A stretch of 64,000 nucleotides of DNA, from NCBI RefSeq assembly GCF_009914755.1, contig NC_060947.1; one strand, 5' to 3'. Of this stretch, positions 13,640 through 27,200 are shown in pieces (position 1 is the first letter of the stretch; every line of letters starts with the position of its first letter). The translations under genes and the position numbers were made by a program. The DNA comes from the human T2T-CHM13v2.0 reference genome, Homo sapiens. Under the pieces are notes generated by a model. It saw only the letters and a list, made by a program, of their open reading frames with translations, was not told where the DNA came from and did not search any database.

Positions 13640-13860
13640 GCATTTATTGAGTAATTTTTATGGGAAGGTACTCTCTTAAGTTCTTTAAATAGTCAAGTTC
13701 TTTAAATGAGTCATTACCTCATTTAATTTTCACAACAAATGTTTGTGGTAGGAAATGCCATTCTCATATTACAAATGAAGCAAAGAGAGATTAATTAGTC
13801 TAAAATTCCATGAGAAGTATGTTTATTCACATTAGAGCTATGGTTCAAACCCACCTTTAG
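13640..13860. mobile_element. MIR remnant
   Basis: CATTTATTGAG..CTCATTTAATTTTCACAACA..ATTACAAATGAAG core. Confidence 0.6.
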
Positions 13861-14499
13861 TTCTGCCTCACTCTCCAAATTTTTATGACCCTTCATCCTC
13901 ATGCTAACCATTTCCTATCTCTGAACAATTTGATAAAATCACTCTTATTCAGTTATTTGTGCCTTAGTATGCTGTATTTATGAAAAATCCAGTAATCTGA
14001 GTTAGAGAGAAAAGCTTAATTCCAATAACTCAGTCTCCTTGGTGAAATTTCAGTTACTGGGGAGAAAATGCATTGGGCTGAATATGTTACAGGGTATTAT
14101 ATCAAATTATTTTATCATATATCTGGTTTGCCTATACCTAAGGTTAGGTTATGAAAATGGTTTAAGAAAAAGTAATTGTAAATTTCTAAATAGAAATTTT
14201 GTTAGTGCTTCTATTGGCACATCTTATGATATAATTATATTATACAAGGTATTTTGATGTTTGGAAAGGCCATTCAATTTCATAAGCAAATGGAAGTGTG
14301 TTTGAGTTTCCAAAGCACATAAATGTCAAGCATGTCACATATCAGAGCTGGAAAAACATTATCAATAATTCAAGCAACGAATAAGATTCACTTATACTGA
14401 TAAATGCTTACCCTTTTCATAATGATTTGAAAGTTCTTAGTATATTTGTGCAACAATTACTTTTTCTTTGTGAGCTTCATTACAATACCTATAATTTAA

Positions 14500-14695
14500 T
14501 CTTTATCTTCATTATATCCACTTTCGATCCTCCCTCAAACAGCTGTAAAATCAAAATTATGATTCCTGTTTTACGAATAAAGAATTTATTGCTTGACAAA
14601 AACAAGCAACTTGCCCAAAGTTACATAATCATAAGGGTAGAACTAAAATTTGAAAGCATGTCTACTGGAACCTGCAATTCCGTGATGCTTCTCTG
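14500..14695. mobile_element. MIR remnant
   Basis: ATTATGATTCCTGTTTTAC..AAGCAACTTGCCCAAAGTTACA. Confidence 0.6.
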
Positions 14696-14777
14696 AACTA
14701 ATGTGAGATGACTACTTTTGTTATACAGTCATGGGGCCTCCAGAATGGAAGAAGCAAGAAAAATCAAAACATTTTGG

Positions 14778-15063
14778 GGCCGAGTGCTGTGGCTCACGCC
14801 TGTAATACCAGCACTTTGGGAGGCCAAGGTGGGCAGATTGCTTGAGCCCAGGAGTTTGAGACCAGTCTGGGCAACATGTCAGAACTCCGTCTTTACAAAA
14901 AAATTAGCCAGGTGTGGTGGTGCGCATCTGTGGTCCCAGCTAATCAGGAGGCTGAAGTGGGAGAATCACCTGAGCCTGGGGAGGTTGAGGCTGCAGTGAG
15001 CCGTGACTGCACCACTGCATTCCAGCCTGGGTAACAGAGTAAGACTCCATCTCTCAAAAAAAA
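14778..15063 (+). mobile_element. AluJ
   Basis: Full dimer with J diagnostics (TTGCTTGAGCCCAGGAG, GAGGCTGCAGTGAG). Confidence 0.95.
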
Positions 15064-16121
15064 TAATTTATTTGGCTTTGTTGAAGAAATAAACATTGTA
15101 ATGTTATATAAAAGATAAAATAATTTAATTTTATCTGGCTTGAGTATTTCAAAATGGAGAGTAAAGAGTGTATACATTCATTGAACATGTTATGTGTAAC
15201 AAAATTCCAAGGAAAAGCTCAGAAGGTATCTTGATAACCAGCGTCAACTATGGGCAATAATTTAAGATAACAATCTCTCTCTGCTAATCATCTATATTAT
15301 AGTTCTACTTTTTTCAGCCCATAAATATGAAGCTCAGTTCTTCCCCCTCAGATTCACTCTTTTCTTTACTTCACTTATTTTTTTTGCTGTATTTGATTTT
15401 TTGGGAGCATGTCAATATTCTTAGTTATAACTCCTTCTCTAGCATTTATTCTTTTAACTATAATCTGACTTCAAATTACTCTCCATAGCTGCTTAGTGGA
15501 AAGGACTTGAGCATACTTTTTCTCTTGAGAGGACTATGCAATAGTTACGGAACTGAAAAGAAAGACGGAAGACATAGCTTTAATATTTAGTGGGCCCAAG
15601 CCTTCATAGATAATGACTAATGGTTGTTGCTAGATAGAAAATAAAGATGTCATTTACTTAATATTTTATATTCTGCTAATGGGATACTTGTTATGTGAGA
15701 GAGTTTATTTACAAACATAAATGAGAGGTTAAAAAATAGGTAATGGAATAATAAAGAATCCAGGGCTGCCATAAACAATTGTGCAAAAATGACAAAAAGG
15801 GTTTGTCATTGGAGCAAGTGAGGCTGAAATGCACTTTGATTTAGGCTTTAGAGTCCATGCTTCCACCTGGAAAGATGGGCATTTTTCTAAATCTCTCTAA
15901 GATACCATAAGGGTATATCCTGGTTTGTAGGAGGCAGATTGTTGTGTTTATTTTTTTTTCCAGAGCAATAAATGCACTAAAACATTTTAACTATCCTCTC
16001 AATTATTTAGGATGGTATTTTCCCCATTTATCTCTCTTGTCTTCTTCTCTTCCACTTTTAATCCCCTTGACTCATAACTTCCTCTGAGTTACTGAGAGTT
16101 CTAAAGTAATGAGCTACTACT

Positions 16122-16466
16122 ATACTGGTCAGCAAAAAATGTTGTGGGCCTAAGTCTGGCACGCGTTTTTGTTTTTTGCTTTTGTATGCTCTGGAAGCTA
16201 AAAATAAGAAAAAGGTTTTTACATTTTAAATGGTTGAAACAAATTAAGTAATACCATTTTGACATGTGGAAATTACATGGAATTCAAATTTCAGTGTCTG
16301 TAAATAGAGTTTTGCTGGAACACAGTCATGTCCACTCATGTACATATTGGCTATGGATATGTGTGCTACAATCACAGAGTTGAGTAGTTGTGATGAAGAC
16401 TGAATTGGCCTGATAAGCAGAAAATATGCAGTATCTGGACCTTTACAAGAAAAGTTGACCAACACA
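16122..16466. mobile_element. MER58B-like hAT-Charlie element
   Basis: AATTCAAATTTCAGTGTC..GAGTTGAGTAGTTG..CCTTTACAAGAAAAGTTGACCAAC. Confidence 0.8.
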
Positions 16467-16719
16467 AGAACTAAGACGTTTACACTAATTCACAGGTGTC
16501 ATATCATTTTATTGTGTATATACTTCCACTGAGATCTTAACTTGGAAGGACAAAAATCTGAACTCATCATGTGAGTAATCAGAACTCTTCAGAATCTGTT
16601 TCCAGTCACTCCCATCTAAAGCCAGTCCTAAGGTCACCCTTCGCAGACCCCACACTCCAATCTCTCTTAACATCTTAATCTTCCTGACCATCTTATATTC
16701 TTTCACACCTCAGAGGATT

Positions 16720-16915
16720 TGTAGGAGCTCTGGGTTTAGGCCAGGGCTCAAGTCTCTACTCTGCCACTTCAAAATTGAGTAAATTTAGGTAATTAGTTAT
16801 CCATGTAGTTTTATGTTAATTTTTAAAAGAGGATTGCTAATACTTTCCCCAAGGAGTTATTGTGATTAAACGAATTACAGAATATGAATCGCCTCGAAAA
16901 TTACCTGATATACAA
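16720..16915. mobile_element. MIR remnant
   Basis: GGCTCAAGTCTCTACTCTGCCACTT..GTTATTGTGATTAAACGA. Confidence 0.55.
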
Positions 16916-17325
16916 TTACTCCTACTTTTTCTTTACTTTCCTTTAACTTGCTTATTTTTCAGAAATTCAATTCAAATTTGGAGGCAATTCAGATATTATC
17001 TTTGGGTAACCACCTTAGATTGTCTCAGGCCGAGCCAGGTACTTTTTCAACAAAGCAGGTTGCTGCCATGTGCTCCTATTGCTCTCTTAAGTGGGAATTT
17101 TGAACATTCCAATGCAAATAATATCTGAGTTTTGAGGTTGTTATAAAGGCTAAATGATTTTAGTTATGAAAATGTCTTGTCAAAGAATAAGCTCACAAGA
17201 AATGTTTGCTGTTGATCATTAATCCTTATTTCTGCTCCTGCTACTCAGCTAGCACCTAGCAGATAGTAAAAACTCAGAAATATGTGATGGATGAATGAAT
17301 AAACAACCTAATGACTGGGCTAGGG

Positions 17326-17509
17326 CAGTGGTTCTCAAATTTCAGTTTGCATCTGAATGACCCAGAGGGTTTGTGAAAATGTGGGTTGCTGAGTCCCATC
17401 ACCAGAGTTTTAATTTAGTAGGTCTGGGATGTGGCTCAATAATTTGCATTTCTAATAAGCTTTAAATCATAGTGATAACGCTGGTCTGGAGGTTGGAATT
17501 TGAGAACTG
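17326..17509. mobile_element. MER5A hAT-Charlie MITE
   Basis: CAGTGGTTCTCAAA ... TTTGAGAACTG terminal inverted repeats; AATTTGCATTTCTAA core. Confidence 0.88.
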
Positions 17510-17942
17510 ATAGGTTAGATAATATGCCCAAGCAGTTTTCGGTACAAACTAGTCGCTTACCTGATCATCCAGCTTTCTCTGTTCTGTTTTGCATATTGCC
17601 CCATATCTGAAGCCTGTCTTCTGAGCCCCAGAATATTTCACATTCTTATATATCTATACTTTTACTGATATGATAGATTGAAGTCAGAGTCAAGCTAACT
17701 TGGTTAAATTAGAAAATACTTTATGAAATGTGCATTCCAATCTTACTCATAAATAGTACTTTCCACTTAAAGGGGGAAAAAGACACTAGCAAGAAGTGAA
17801 ATCAAATTCAAAATGCCATGTCATTAGTTTGATTTAATACATAAAATTTTTTGAAAATAGAAAATGTTAAGTACATAAGAGATATAAAACTATACAATTA
17901 AAAAAACATTGTTAAAAGTGATTTAAAAAAAAAAGAGTATCA

Positions 17943-18251
17943 GGCGTGGTGACTCACGCCTGTAATCCCAGCACTTTGGGAGGCCGAGGTGGGCAGATCA
18001 CCTGAGGTCAGGAGTTTGAGACCACCCTGGCCAACATGGCGAAACCCCATCTCTATTACAAATACAAAAATTAGCCACGTGTGGTGGCAGGTGCCTGTAA
18101 TCCCAGCTACTTGGGAGGCTGAGGCAGGAGAATTGCTGAACCTGGGAGGCAGAGGGTTGTGGTGAGCTGAGATTGCACCACTGCACTCTAGCCTGGATGA
18201 CAGAGTGAGACTCCATCTCAAAAAATAAATGAATAAAATAGAATAAAAATT
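17943..18251 (+). mobile_element. AluS (Sx/Sz-like)
   Basis: Dimer; TSD AAAAAGAGTATCA at 17930-17942 and 18252-18264. Confidence 0.96.
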
Positions 18252-18267
18252 AAAAAGAGTATCATAT

Positions 18268-18380
18268 GTTACAATGTACATTATTCAGGCGATGTATATC
18301 CTAAAAACCCTACTTTAGCCCTACACAATCTATTCATGTAGGAAAATTACACTTGTACCTCATACAAATTTTAAAAAATA
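18268..18380 (+). mobile_element. Old L1 (L1MA-like) 3'UTR tip
   Basis: AATGTACATTATTCAGGCGATG..CACTTGTACCTCATA. Confidence 0.6.
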
Positions 18381-20327
18381 TCATTATAAGTTAAAAGGTA
18401 GGATTCTATTGGCACTAGTACATTGGTTTACTTCATATGTTTTTATTGGTGAATGACTTTTGCAAAAATATCGACCAGTAAAAGCAATTTTTAAATTTAT
18501 TTAGAAACACATAAGGCCTTAGAGTATAAAGCATACATTACGCATTTCCATTGGAGATTGACACCTCATGATGATAGACTAATTTAGATCTCAAGTGGCT
18601 GTGATTTAACTTGCTACATAAATATGATGGTTGTGGAAGAAATTAAAATGGATTTTTTTCCATGTCATTTTTCCTTCTAACCTTTGCACGATAGAGGTTG
18701 TGGATGAAAACTCATGTCATGGGCTGATTTAACTATATAATCAAAAGGAAAAGGAAGCATCTAAAACCACTTTGCTATTTTCATAAAGAAGAAACTGAAT
18801 AAACCAAGCACATCAAAATAGTCCATGCACAGTGATGTGGACAATTCTCTATAAGTGATTCTGAGTTCCACCTTCAACCCTTTAGAGTGAACAGATGATA
18901 AGAAAGTCATCATATCTTATGAATGTTTGGTTCCTTTAAATCTCAAAATTCTGTATGTTTTATTTTCTTCTGAAATGTCTAGCAGTCTTTTATGCTATTC
19001 TTGACTAGTCTATGTTTATTTTTGGCATAAGAATATTTAGAATAAAAGGACAAACATGAAAATGTTGGTTTCCTTTTAATTCCTGAACTGTACATGTTTG
19101 TGTATTTCTAACCTCATTTGGCCTTTACAAAGCTGTTCCTGTTATCAGTGAGAACCAGCCATCAGGGCAGTTAGTTATGTAATCTCCCTGGGCAGCCTTA
19201 GAGGAACGAAACTGGAAAAAAGAAAAAAAGAAAAAAGAAAAAAAAAAACGTTGTTTATGGTCTGCGTGTCATGTCTCTTCCACGAGATTTTTGTTTTGCA
19301 CTCATGTCAATTGCAGCCTGCAAATATGAGTAGGACGCATGGCAGAGAAACAGATGGGTACTCACATAGCTCTAGTTCATCAAAAGTAACGCCTGTTTAT
19401 TTCTCCTGGAGAGATGCTCTTGTGGATGGGTTGAATAATATATCCTATGTGAGATGAAGGAGAGAAGAGTGGTCACTGATTCTCGCAAGATGAACAAACA
19501 GGCCATGTATAGTCTGAATCAAAATGATCCGCCCTTAAATCTCAGCTCTAGTCATTTTAGCATATGACTAAAAGAGCATATTAGTCATATACTTTTCTGT
19601 AAGCTTCTCAAACTTTTTGAAACTTTGTATTGTAATCTGCTTACTGGACCTAACATCATATATGTATACCTTTTAGGTTTTTTGTTTGTTTGTTTTAAAC
19701 TAGAGCTAATGTGTAATTTTCACAATATAGTGTTAAATATGTTAATATTTTATTAACTTACTTATACCCAAATATAACAATAATAATTCCATAGTTACTT
19801 GTCAGAAGGTCATTAATTCAACAAAAATTAATTGTAGGATTAGTATCATTACTATTTGGGTATAGATTAATGAATATAACTTACTGAAATGGGAAAAAGG
19901 CAATCAGCTATTAAATTTGGATGTAAATGTAAAACAATTAATTATTTTAAATTCTATACAAATGTAGTGATAGGAAATAAGGGTGGGCATTATTTAGACA
20001 AGCTGGTTAGAATACTCTTAACTGAGATAGTTGAGCTGAGACAGAATCTCAGAAACAAAGTCAGCCATGTGACAAGGGAGGGGAACAATGTTCAAGAAAG
20101 AAGAAACAGTGTGAAGAAAGGCACAGATGGGGAAGATGGCATTAGATAGTTTATTATTAGCAATATTATTAGGATAAACTGGGAAGATTTCACCACACAT
20201 GCTTCTACACCACTATTTACATATATACTTTAGAAGAAAAAAAGTAGAAGCTTAATAATTTTGATTTATTTCAGAAAACACTAGGGTAGTTTAAAATATT
20301 TATACACACTGGCTATTTATTTAATAC

Positions 20328-20750
20328 TGTTAAAAATTATTCCAACACTTGTTAAAATGGTAATAAAGGCTTTACTCAGGATTATTGTGATAGGTATAAA
20401 CACTACAGCAATAAGGAAGAGAGATTGAGCTCAACTCCGAATACAGGAAAGCCAGACAGGAATTTAGAGTTAAAAAGCAGAGTTGGCATGGGTTTCACTG
20501 AACAGAAAATGACTAAGAGAAGATATCAAGGGAGGAGTATTCTTGCTAAACTGACTTAGCAGGTTTCTTGCTAAAGGCAGGCCACAGTGATCACACATCA
20601 AGGGTGGGAGGATTCACATTAAACTGACTTAGCAGGATTCTTGCTACAACTAGACTAGGCAGGCCAAAAACAGGGCCCAAGGACAAGGCCTAGTTACAAA
20701 GAAAACTTGGAGAAGCCTGTCTAAAGCCTGGTCAAGAAAAGTCTTTATCA
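20328..20750 (-). mobile_element. ERV1 solo LTR, MER31/MER67 group
   Basis: Minus strand starts TGATAAAGACTTTTCTTGACCAGGCTTTAGACAGGC; internal repeat TAAACTGACTTAGCAGG.TTCTTGCTA. Confidence 0.8.
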
Positions 20751-21499
20751 GCACAGTGACCCTCTCACTAATTCCTGTTTTAGTCTTAGCAGATTTGTCA
20801 TACTTGAATAGTCTTCCCATTTAAAACTTTTTGGATTTGCAAATCCAATAAAAGAGCACACAGTACTGCCAATCACAAATTTTCATTGCTATAAATCCAC
20901 TGACATCTTATTTCCTTTTGATGCTAATATAGAGAAAAAAGATGATGAATCATGAAAATGATGCTATTTTCCTGCTTTACGAAGCAACCGCTAAATAAAG
21001 GCAGAGAGAAAGAAACCTTTTTCCAGCTGTCTTATTGCCTTTTTAAGCTCTTATTATAAGCATCTACAAAATGAGGCGAAGAGAGAGAAGACCATAGAAT
21101 ACTAAACCGTTGTCGCTCCTTCGAGTTAAATGTTAGATTTTCATCAGATTCAGGGGATGTGGGACCTGGAGATATGGAAGGTTGTAGAGGGACTCAGCAG
21201 GAATAATTGGAGGAAATTAGGACCATAATTACCCAGAAAAGAGCCTATAGCTAATACCAAGGAAATTTGCTTTATCATGATTTTTTCAGACTAGATCATG
21301 CTTTCTAAGGTCATGTAAACTCACTTGGGAGTTTATATGCACTCTCTCAAGGGGAGGCACTTGCAGTTACTGCATACACTGTTCTGGCATATAATTAAAT
21401 TTCCAGAACTTAAGAGGCCGTCATACTGCAAGTTTCTTAAGGGAACACATACATCATGCCTTATTCTCTGAAATTCTTGGCGTTACAGGTGTTGTCTTT

Positions 21500-22350
21500 C
21501 ATTAATGCATATTTGTTCACTTAACATTATTGAAAACAAACAATTTCAGGCTTTGGGTAATGGATACAGACATGAAGTACACAAATCTTTGTCTGCAAGG
21601 AATTCACAGGCTACTTGGAGAGACAGACAGACAATAGAATATCTACAATACAAAGCAATAAAGTATTATGTTAAAGATACATAAATTAATGGAAAACAAG
21701 CAAGGACTACATAGACATAAAGAAAGAGAGAGAAAGGTATTCGAAGAGGTCACCTTATTTGACAGTAGAAATTAACTAGAAAATAAAGTATATCAGAAAT
21801 TTCTACTCAAGGGTAGAGACTCATTTTTAAAAGGAGGTCAGAATGCGCACAGTCATAGACTATATAACCTGGTGAAGTCGAGAAACAGAAAGTATCTTGG
21901 CATGGATGAACCATATATTGCATGTGAGATGAAGGGAAGAAAAGTGACCACTGATTCTGGGAAGATGAGCAAACCAGGCATGGAGACAGAGTTTAAATAT
22001 TAGTCTGAAGCTCATAGAGAAACTTTAAATGATTTTAAGCAGGGTGAAACTGAAAGCAGGGTGATGAGTTAAGAGATTCCTTCAGTAACCCATATGAATA
22101 ATTATGATGAGAGCTTAAACTAGAATATTGGCAGAAAAAGAAAACAGAGAGGAAGGGAAAGGCATAAAAAGTATTTTGAAATAAGATTTATATGGATGAA
22201 CATCATTTAATGCGGGGACTGAAGGAGAGGAAGACAGATACAATGAAGACCAGGTCAATTTACTTTGTCAATTTACATGTTTGCCAATGCTTATCACATA
22301 ATAGGTGCCAAAGAGATATTTCTTTAAAATAAGCATAAATAAATTACCAG
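21500..22350. mobile_element. L2 remnants
   Basis: TTGTTCACTTAACATTATTGA..., GATTTTAAGCAGGG, ACATAATAGGTGC. Confidence 0.6.
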
Positions 22351-22369
22351 ATACTGCTGATTCACTAAG

Positions 22370-22845
22370 ACATTTCTCCTAGAACCTCCTTTGAGTTCAA
22401 CTACAGCCACAGTAGCCAGCTTCTGGACACACTGTATGATTTTCACCCACAGTATTTGTCTCTTTTTTTCACCCTGAGGCTTTTTTGGGGGGGGGGGCAG
22501 GTAGCTCTTGACCAGCCCCTACCAAAGGCAGCTAAGAAATGCCAGGTATTAAACATCTCTACGAATATCCCTCAACTGGTGATGAACAGGAGTAATAAAT
22601 AAGTGTGCCAGCTTCCTTATTCTTCAATGGGACAATTCTGAGCCCTGAATAGGCTCAGCATCTGAGAGTTTCCCCAGTGGGACTGAGCTCCAGTTACCCC
22701 CAACAGGAATCTCTTCTTAATATAGTCTTGATTTTCTCCCTTTTCCATCTCAGTTTCCCACTTCTTTACTTGTGCTTTCGGGATTCACCTCTCAAATAAT
22801 CCACCTTGTCCTTGTCAGAGTTCTTCTGGGGAATCAAAACTAATC
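22370..22845 (+). mobile_element. LTR16-family ERVL LTR
   Basis: GGGACAATTCTGAG..CCCCAGTGGGACTGAGCTCCAGTTACCC..CACCTCTCAAATAA..CTTCTGGGGAA. Confidence 0.75.
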
Positions 22846-23847
22846 CGGCGGGGGAGGTAATTAAGTACATTTTTAAAGAATAAATTAGAATCATCCTTTT
22901 ATAAGAAAAACATATTAAAAATAAAACATATGCCAACAATTATTTAAAATGATGGGATTGTACTTTTTCAGAAAGGCTAAGGCAAAAGAGAATAAATCTG
23001 AGAGTTTCCACATGGGATACAATAATTCTTCTCAAATGCTAAAGAGAGAACATAAATTACACACTGAACACAGAGTATAAAAATAATTTCACTCTCCTAA
23101 TCCTTTACCCTGAACTATCTCAGGTTTGTCTCTTTCATCTGAGTGGCCTGCTGGCAGCCTTGTTCCAGGTGGAGAGCTTAAGCCTAAAGCCAGTATGCAG
23201 AGTCGATGAAATCCAGGGTCTGTTGCGTTTGCTTAGCTGCTCAGAGATTTTCCATCCTAGTCCAGTTTTCATCTTTCTGAAGAGCAAGTGAATTTTGCTT
23301 TTGACTAGTTGGTATCCAGACATTAAATTTGATGACTTCAATAAATTCTTAAGTATTTTTGACAAGAATCATACTCACAGATCTCCTGCAAAGTCAAAGA
23401 AACCAGGCCCTCACAAGACTAATAACAATGATTAAACACATTTTATATTCCTCAAATGTTGCACTTGGTTCTTTGTTAGAAAACATAGGGAGCAATAGAT
23501 AAAGAAGATGCTAAAGAGAGTTGTTTTTTTTTTTTTTTTTTTTCCCAAAAGAAGACCTGGTCCCAATCAAGACTTAACACTTATATGGAATCTCTGAGAC
23601 ATTCTTTTCTAATTTTTTTCACACACAAACCAAAGTTGGTATAAAAATAAATGATTAAAATACACAGAAGATCTTTATAAACTGCACATCAACATAAAGA
23701 TAAAAAAGAGTATGATTTGAAACTTCATAAATTCTAAGCTTAGGTACTTGGATTAATTCTCTCACAGTGAAGTCCTAGTAAAATGTTTAAATATGGTAGA
23801 AATGCTACTAAATTAACATTCTTTAGGAAAATAAATCATATAGCAGG

Positions 23848-24205
23848 TATATTAGTCCATTCTCACTCTGCTATAAAGAATTCCCTGAAACTGGGTAATT
23901 TATAAAGAAAAGAGGTTTAACTGACTCACAGTTCTGCATGGCTGGGGAGGCCTTACAATCATGGTGGAAGGTGAAGGGGGAGCAAGCGCTTTCTTCACAA
24001 GGTGGCAGGAGAGAGAGAGCGAGCCCAGGGGAAATTGCCACTTTTAAACCATCAGATCTCCTGAGAACTCCCTCACAATCACAAGAACAGCATGGGGGAA
24101 ACCACCCCCATGATCCAATCACCTCTCAACAGGTCCCTCCCTCAACACATAGGGATTACACTTTGAGATGAGATTTGGGTGGAAACACAGAGCCAAATCA
24201 TATCA
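23848..24205 (-). mobile_element. THE1D/MSTA-like solo LTR
   Basis: Both termini present; TSD GCAGG at 23843-23847 and 24206-24210. Confidence 0.93.
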
Positions 24206-25334
24206 GCAGGGGACCATAAAATGAACAGCTCTTCAAACAGAGAGATTAGAGACGACAGACATTTGTGTTTTGCAGTTTCTCATGTGTTAGGTAAGAAATC
24301 ATTTGACTAAGAGCCTAGCAATGGGCATGAAAAAGAAGAGAAAGATCTACATTTTATTTTTTAATAAAAAGGAAATAATAATTTCAGAATTATTTAGCTA
24401 GAGAAGATGGAGGAAAAGGGAAATTGAAATCAGTGTTTGGTGAGTGGCTGAATAATGCTGTCTGTGATAGGAATAAGGATTTGGGATGGGACAGATTTTG
24501 TACAAGAAATTATTAATTAATCTTTACAAATCCTGACTTATTTGAATTAAAGGGCCACATTCAAATATGATGCCCTGTAAGAATTTGGACTCAAAGAAAA
24601 GTAGGTGTGAAGATTTCAATTTATAGTAAGCCATTAAAAGAGTAAGAGGATCAACACATTTTTTGAAGGAAAATGTAAGGGGAAAAGTTTACAGAAATTT
24701 TAAAAAGAAAAGTCATTATATCTGAATAACAACCTTAGTCAAGAAATGGAAGAAAGAAGAGGAATGAGAAGATCTAATTACAGAAATAGAGACACCCATA
24801 TCAGAGAAGGAAGAGAACAAAGTAAAAGAAGAGAGATCTTCAAGATCTGCAGAAATATCAGAAAATATTTACAATATTTACAAATAATTTTTACAATCTT
24901 CTACAAAATGAGAAATTGAGGCAGAGGACCAATGTTTAATCTTCAAATGAAACTGTTCTTTTTTTGTTGGTTTTAACTAAATATTCAAACAAATACTAAT
25001 TTCACTGCATATGAACTCAATCATGATTCCAAATACTACAGTATGTTAGCTGCAATGCAACCAGGGATTTAGTCTGACCTCATTTTAGACTTTGTCTTCC
25101 ATTTACGTCACTTTTAATATAAGCTACTAGATTCTTTTCTGTATTTTGAAATTTTGGTATATTTATCCATTATTTTTTGAGTAACATAATTGTTGAGTAA
25201 CAATATTGAAAGTTATTAACAAATATGAAATAAATATTATTGCTTATTCCAAAAGAGGAACTACTGTGGTCAGTTGTTGAACTCTACCTTGTAGGTTTCC
25301 AATGTACAGAAATTTCAACTTAAAAATGTTTTAC

Positions 25335-27137
25335 TCAAAGGCCTTTTCTGCATCTATTGAGATAATCATGTGGTTTTTTTCATTGGTTCTGTTCATGTGA
25401 TGGATTATGTTTATTGATTTGTGTATATTGAACCAGCCTTACAGCCCATGGATGAAGCTGACTTGATCGTGGTGGATAAGCTTTTTGATGTGCTCCTGGA
25501 TTCGGATTGCCAGTATTTTATTGAAGATTTTCACATCGATGTTCATCAGGGATATTGGCCTGAAATTTTCTTTTTGTGCTGTGTCTCTGCCAGGTTTTGG
25601 TATCAGGATGATGCTGGCCTCATAAAATGAGTTAGGGAGGATTCTCCCTTTTTCTGTTGATTGGAATAGTTTCAGAAGGAATGGTATCAGCTACTCTTTT
25701 TACCTCTGGTAGAATTTGGCTGTGAATCCACCTGGTCCGGGGCTTTTTTTGGTTGGTAGGCTGGTAATTACTGCCTAAATTTCAGAACTTGTTATTAGTC
25801 TATTCAGTGTTTCAACTTCTTCCTGGTTTAGTCTTGGGAGGGTGTATACGTCCAGGAATTTATCCATTTCTTCTAGATTTTCTAGTTTATTTGTGTAGAG
25901 GTGTTTATAGCATTCTCTGACGGTAGTTTGTATTTCTGTGGGATCAGTGGTGATATCCCTTTTATCATTTTTTATTGTGTCTATTTGATTCTTCTCTCAT
26001 TTCTTCTTTATTAGTCTGGCTAGGGGTCTATCTATTTTGTTGATCTTTCAAAAAACCAGCTCCTGGATTCATTGATTTTTGGAAGTTTTTTGTGTCTCTG
26101 TCTCCTTCAGTTCTGCTCTGATCTTAGTTATTTCTTGTCTCTGCTAGCTTTTGATTTTGTTTGTTCTTGTTTCTCTAGTTCTTTTAATTGTGATATTAGG
26201 GTGTTGATTTTAGATCTTTCCTGCTTTCTCCTATGGGCATTTAGTGCTATAAATTTCCCTCTAAACCCTGCTTTAGCTGTGTCCCAGAGATCCTGGTACG
26301 TTGTGTCTTTGTTCTCATGGTTTTAAAAAATTTCTTTATTTCTGCCTTCATTTCATTATGTACCCAGTAGTCATTCAGGAGCAGGTTATACAGTTTCCAT
26401 GTAGTTGTGCAGTTTTGAGTGAGTTTCTTAATCCTGAGTTCTAATTTGATTGCACAGTGGTCTGGGAGAATGTTATGATTTACATTCTTTTGTATTTTCT
26501 GAGGAGTGTTTTACTTCCAATTATGTGGTCTATTTTAGAAAAAGTGCGACGTGGTGCTGAGATAAATGTATATTCTGTTGATTTGGGGTTGAGAGTTCTG
26601 TAGATGTCTGTTAGGTCGGCTTGGTGCAGAGCTGAGTTCAAGTCCTGGATATCCTTCTTAATTTTCTGTCTCGTTGATCTGTCTAATATTGACAGTATTA
26701 AAGTCTCCCATTATTATTGTGTGAGAGTCTAAGTCTCTTTGTAGGTCTCTAAGAACTTGCTTTATGAATCTGGGTGCTCCTGTATTGGGTGCATATATAT
26801 TTTGAATAGCTAGCTCTTCCTTTTGAATTCATCCCTTTACCATTATGTAATGCCCTTCTTTGTCTTTTTTGATTTTTGTTGGTTTAAAGTCAATTGTGTC
26901 AGAGACTATGATTGCAACACCTGCTTTTTTTTGCTTTCCATTTGCTTGGTAAATATTCCTCCATTCCTTTATTTTGAGCCTATGTATGTCTTTGCACATG
27001 AGTTGAGTCTCCTGAATACAGCACGCAGTTGAGTCTTGACTCTTTATCCAATTTCCCAGTCTGTGTCTTTTAATTGGGGCATTTAGCCCATTTACATTTA
27101 AGGTTAATATTGTTATGTGTGAATTTGGTCCTGTCAT
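25335..27137 (-). pseudogene. L1 ORF2p N-terminal part (EN and partial RT), disrupted
   Basis: MTGPNSHITILTLNVNGLNAPIKRHRL; stop after 102 aa. Confidence 0.93.
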
Positions 27138-27200
27138 TATGATGCTAGCTGGTTCTTTTGCCCGTTTGTTGATGCAGTTTTTTCATAGTGTCGATGGTCT

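Noticed and set aside
12119-13643. Two similar minus-strand ORFs with THTH runs (158 and 148 aa)
   Set aside because: By-product of the local duplication and (CA)n translation
20505-20650. Direct repeat TAAACTGACTTAGCAGG.TTCTTGCTA
   Set aside because: Internal feature of the MER31/MER67-type LTR
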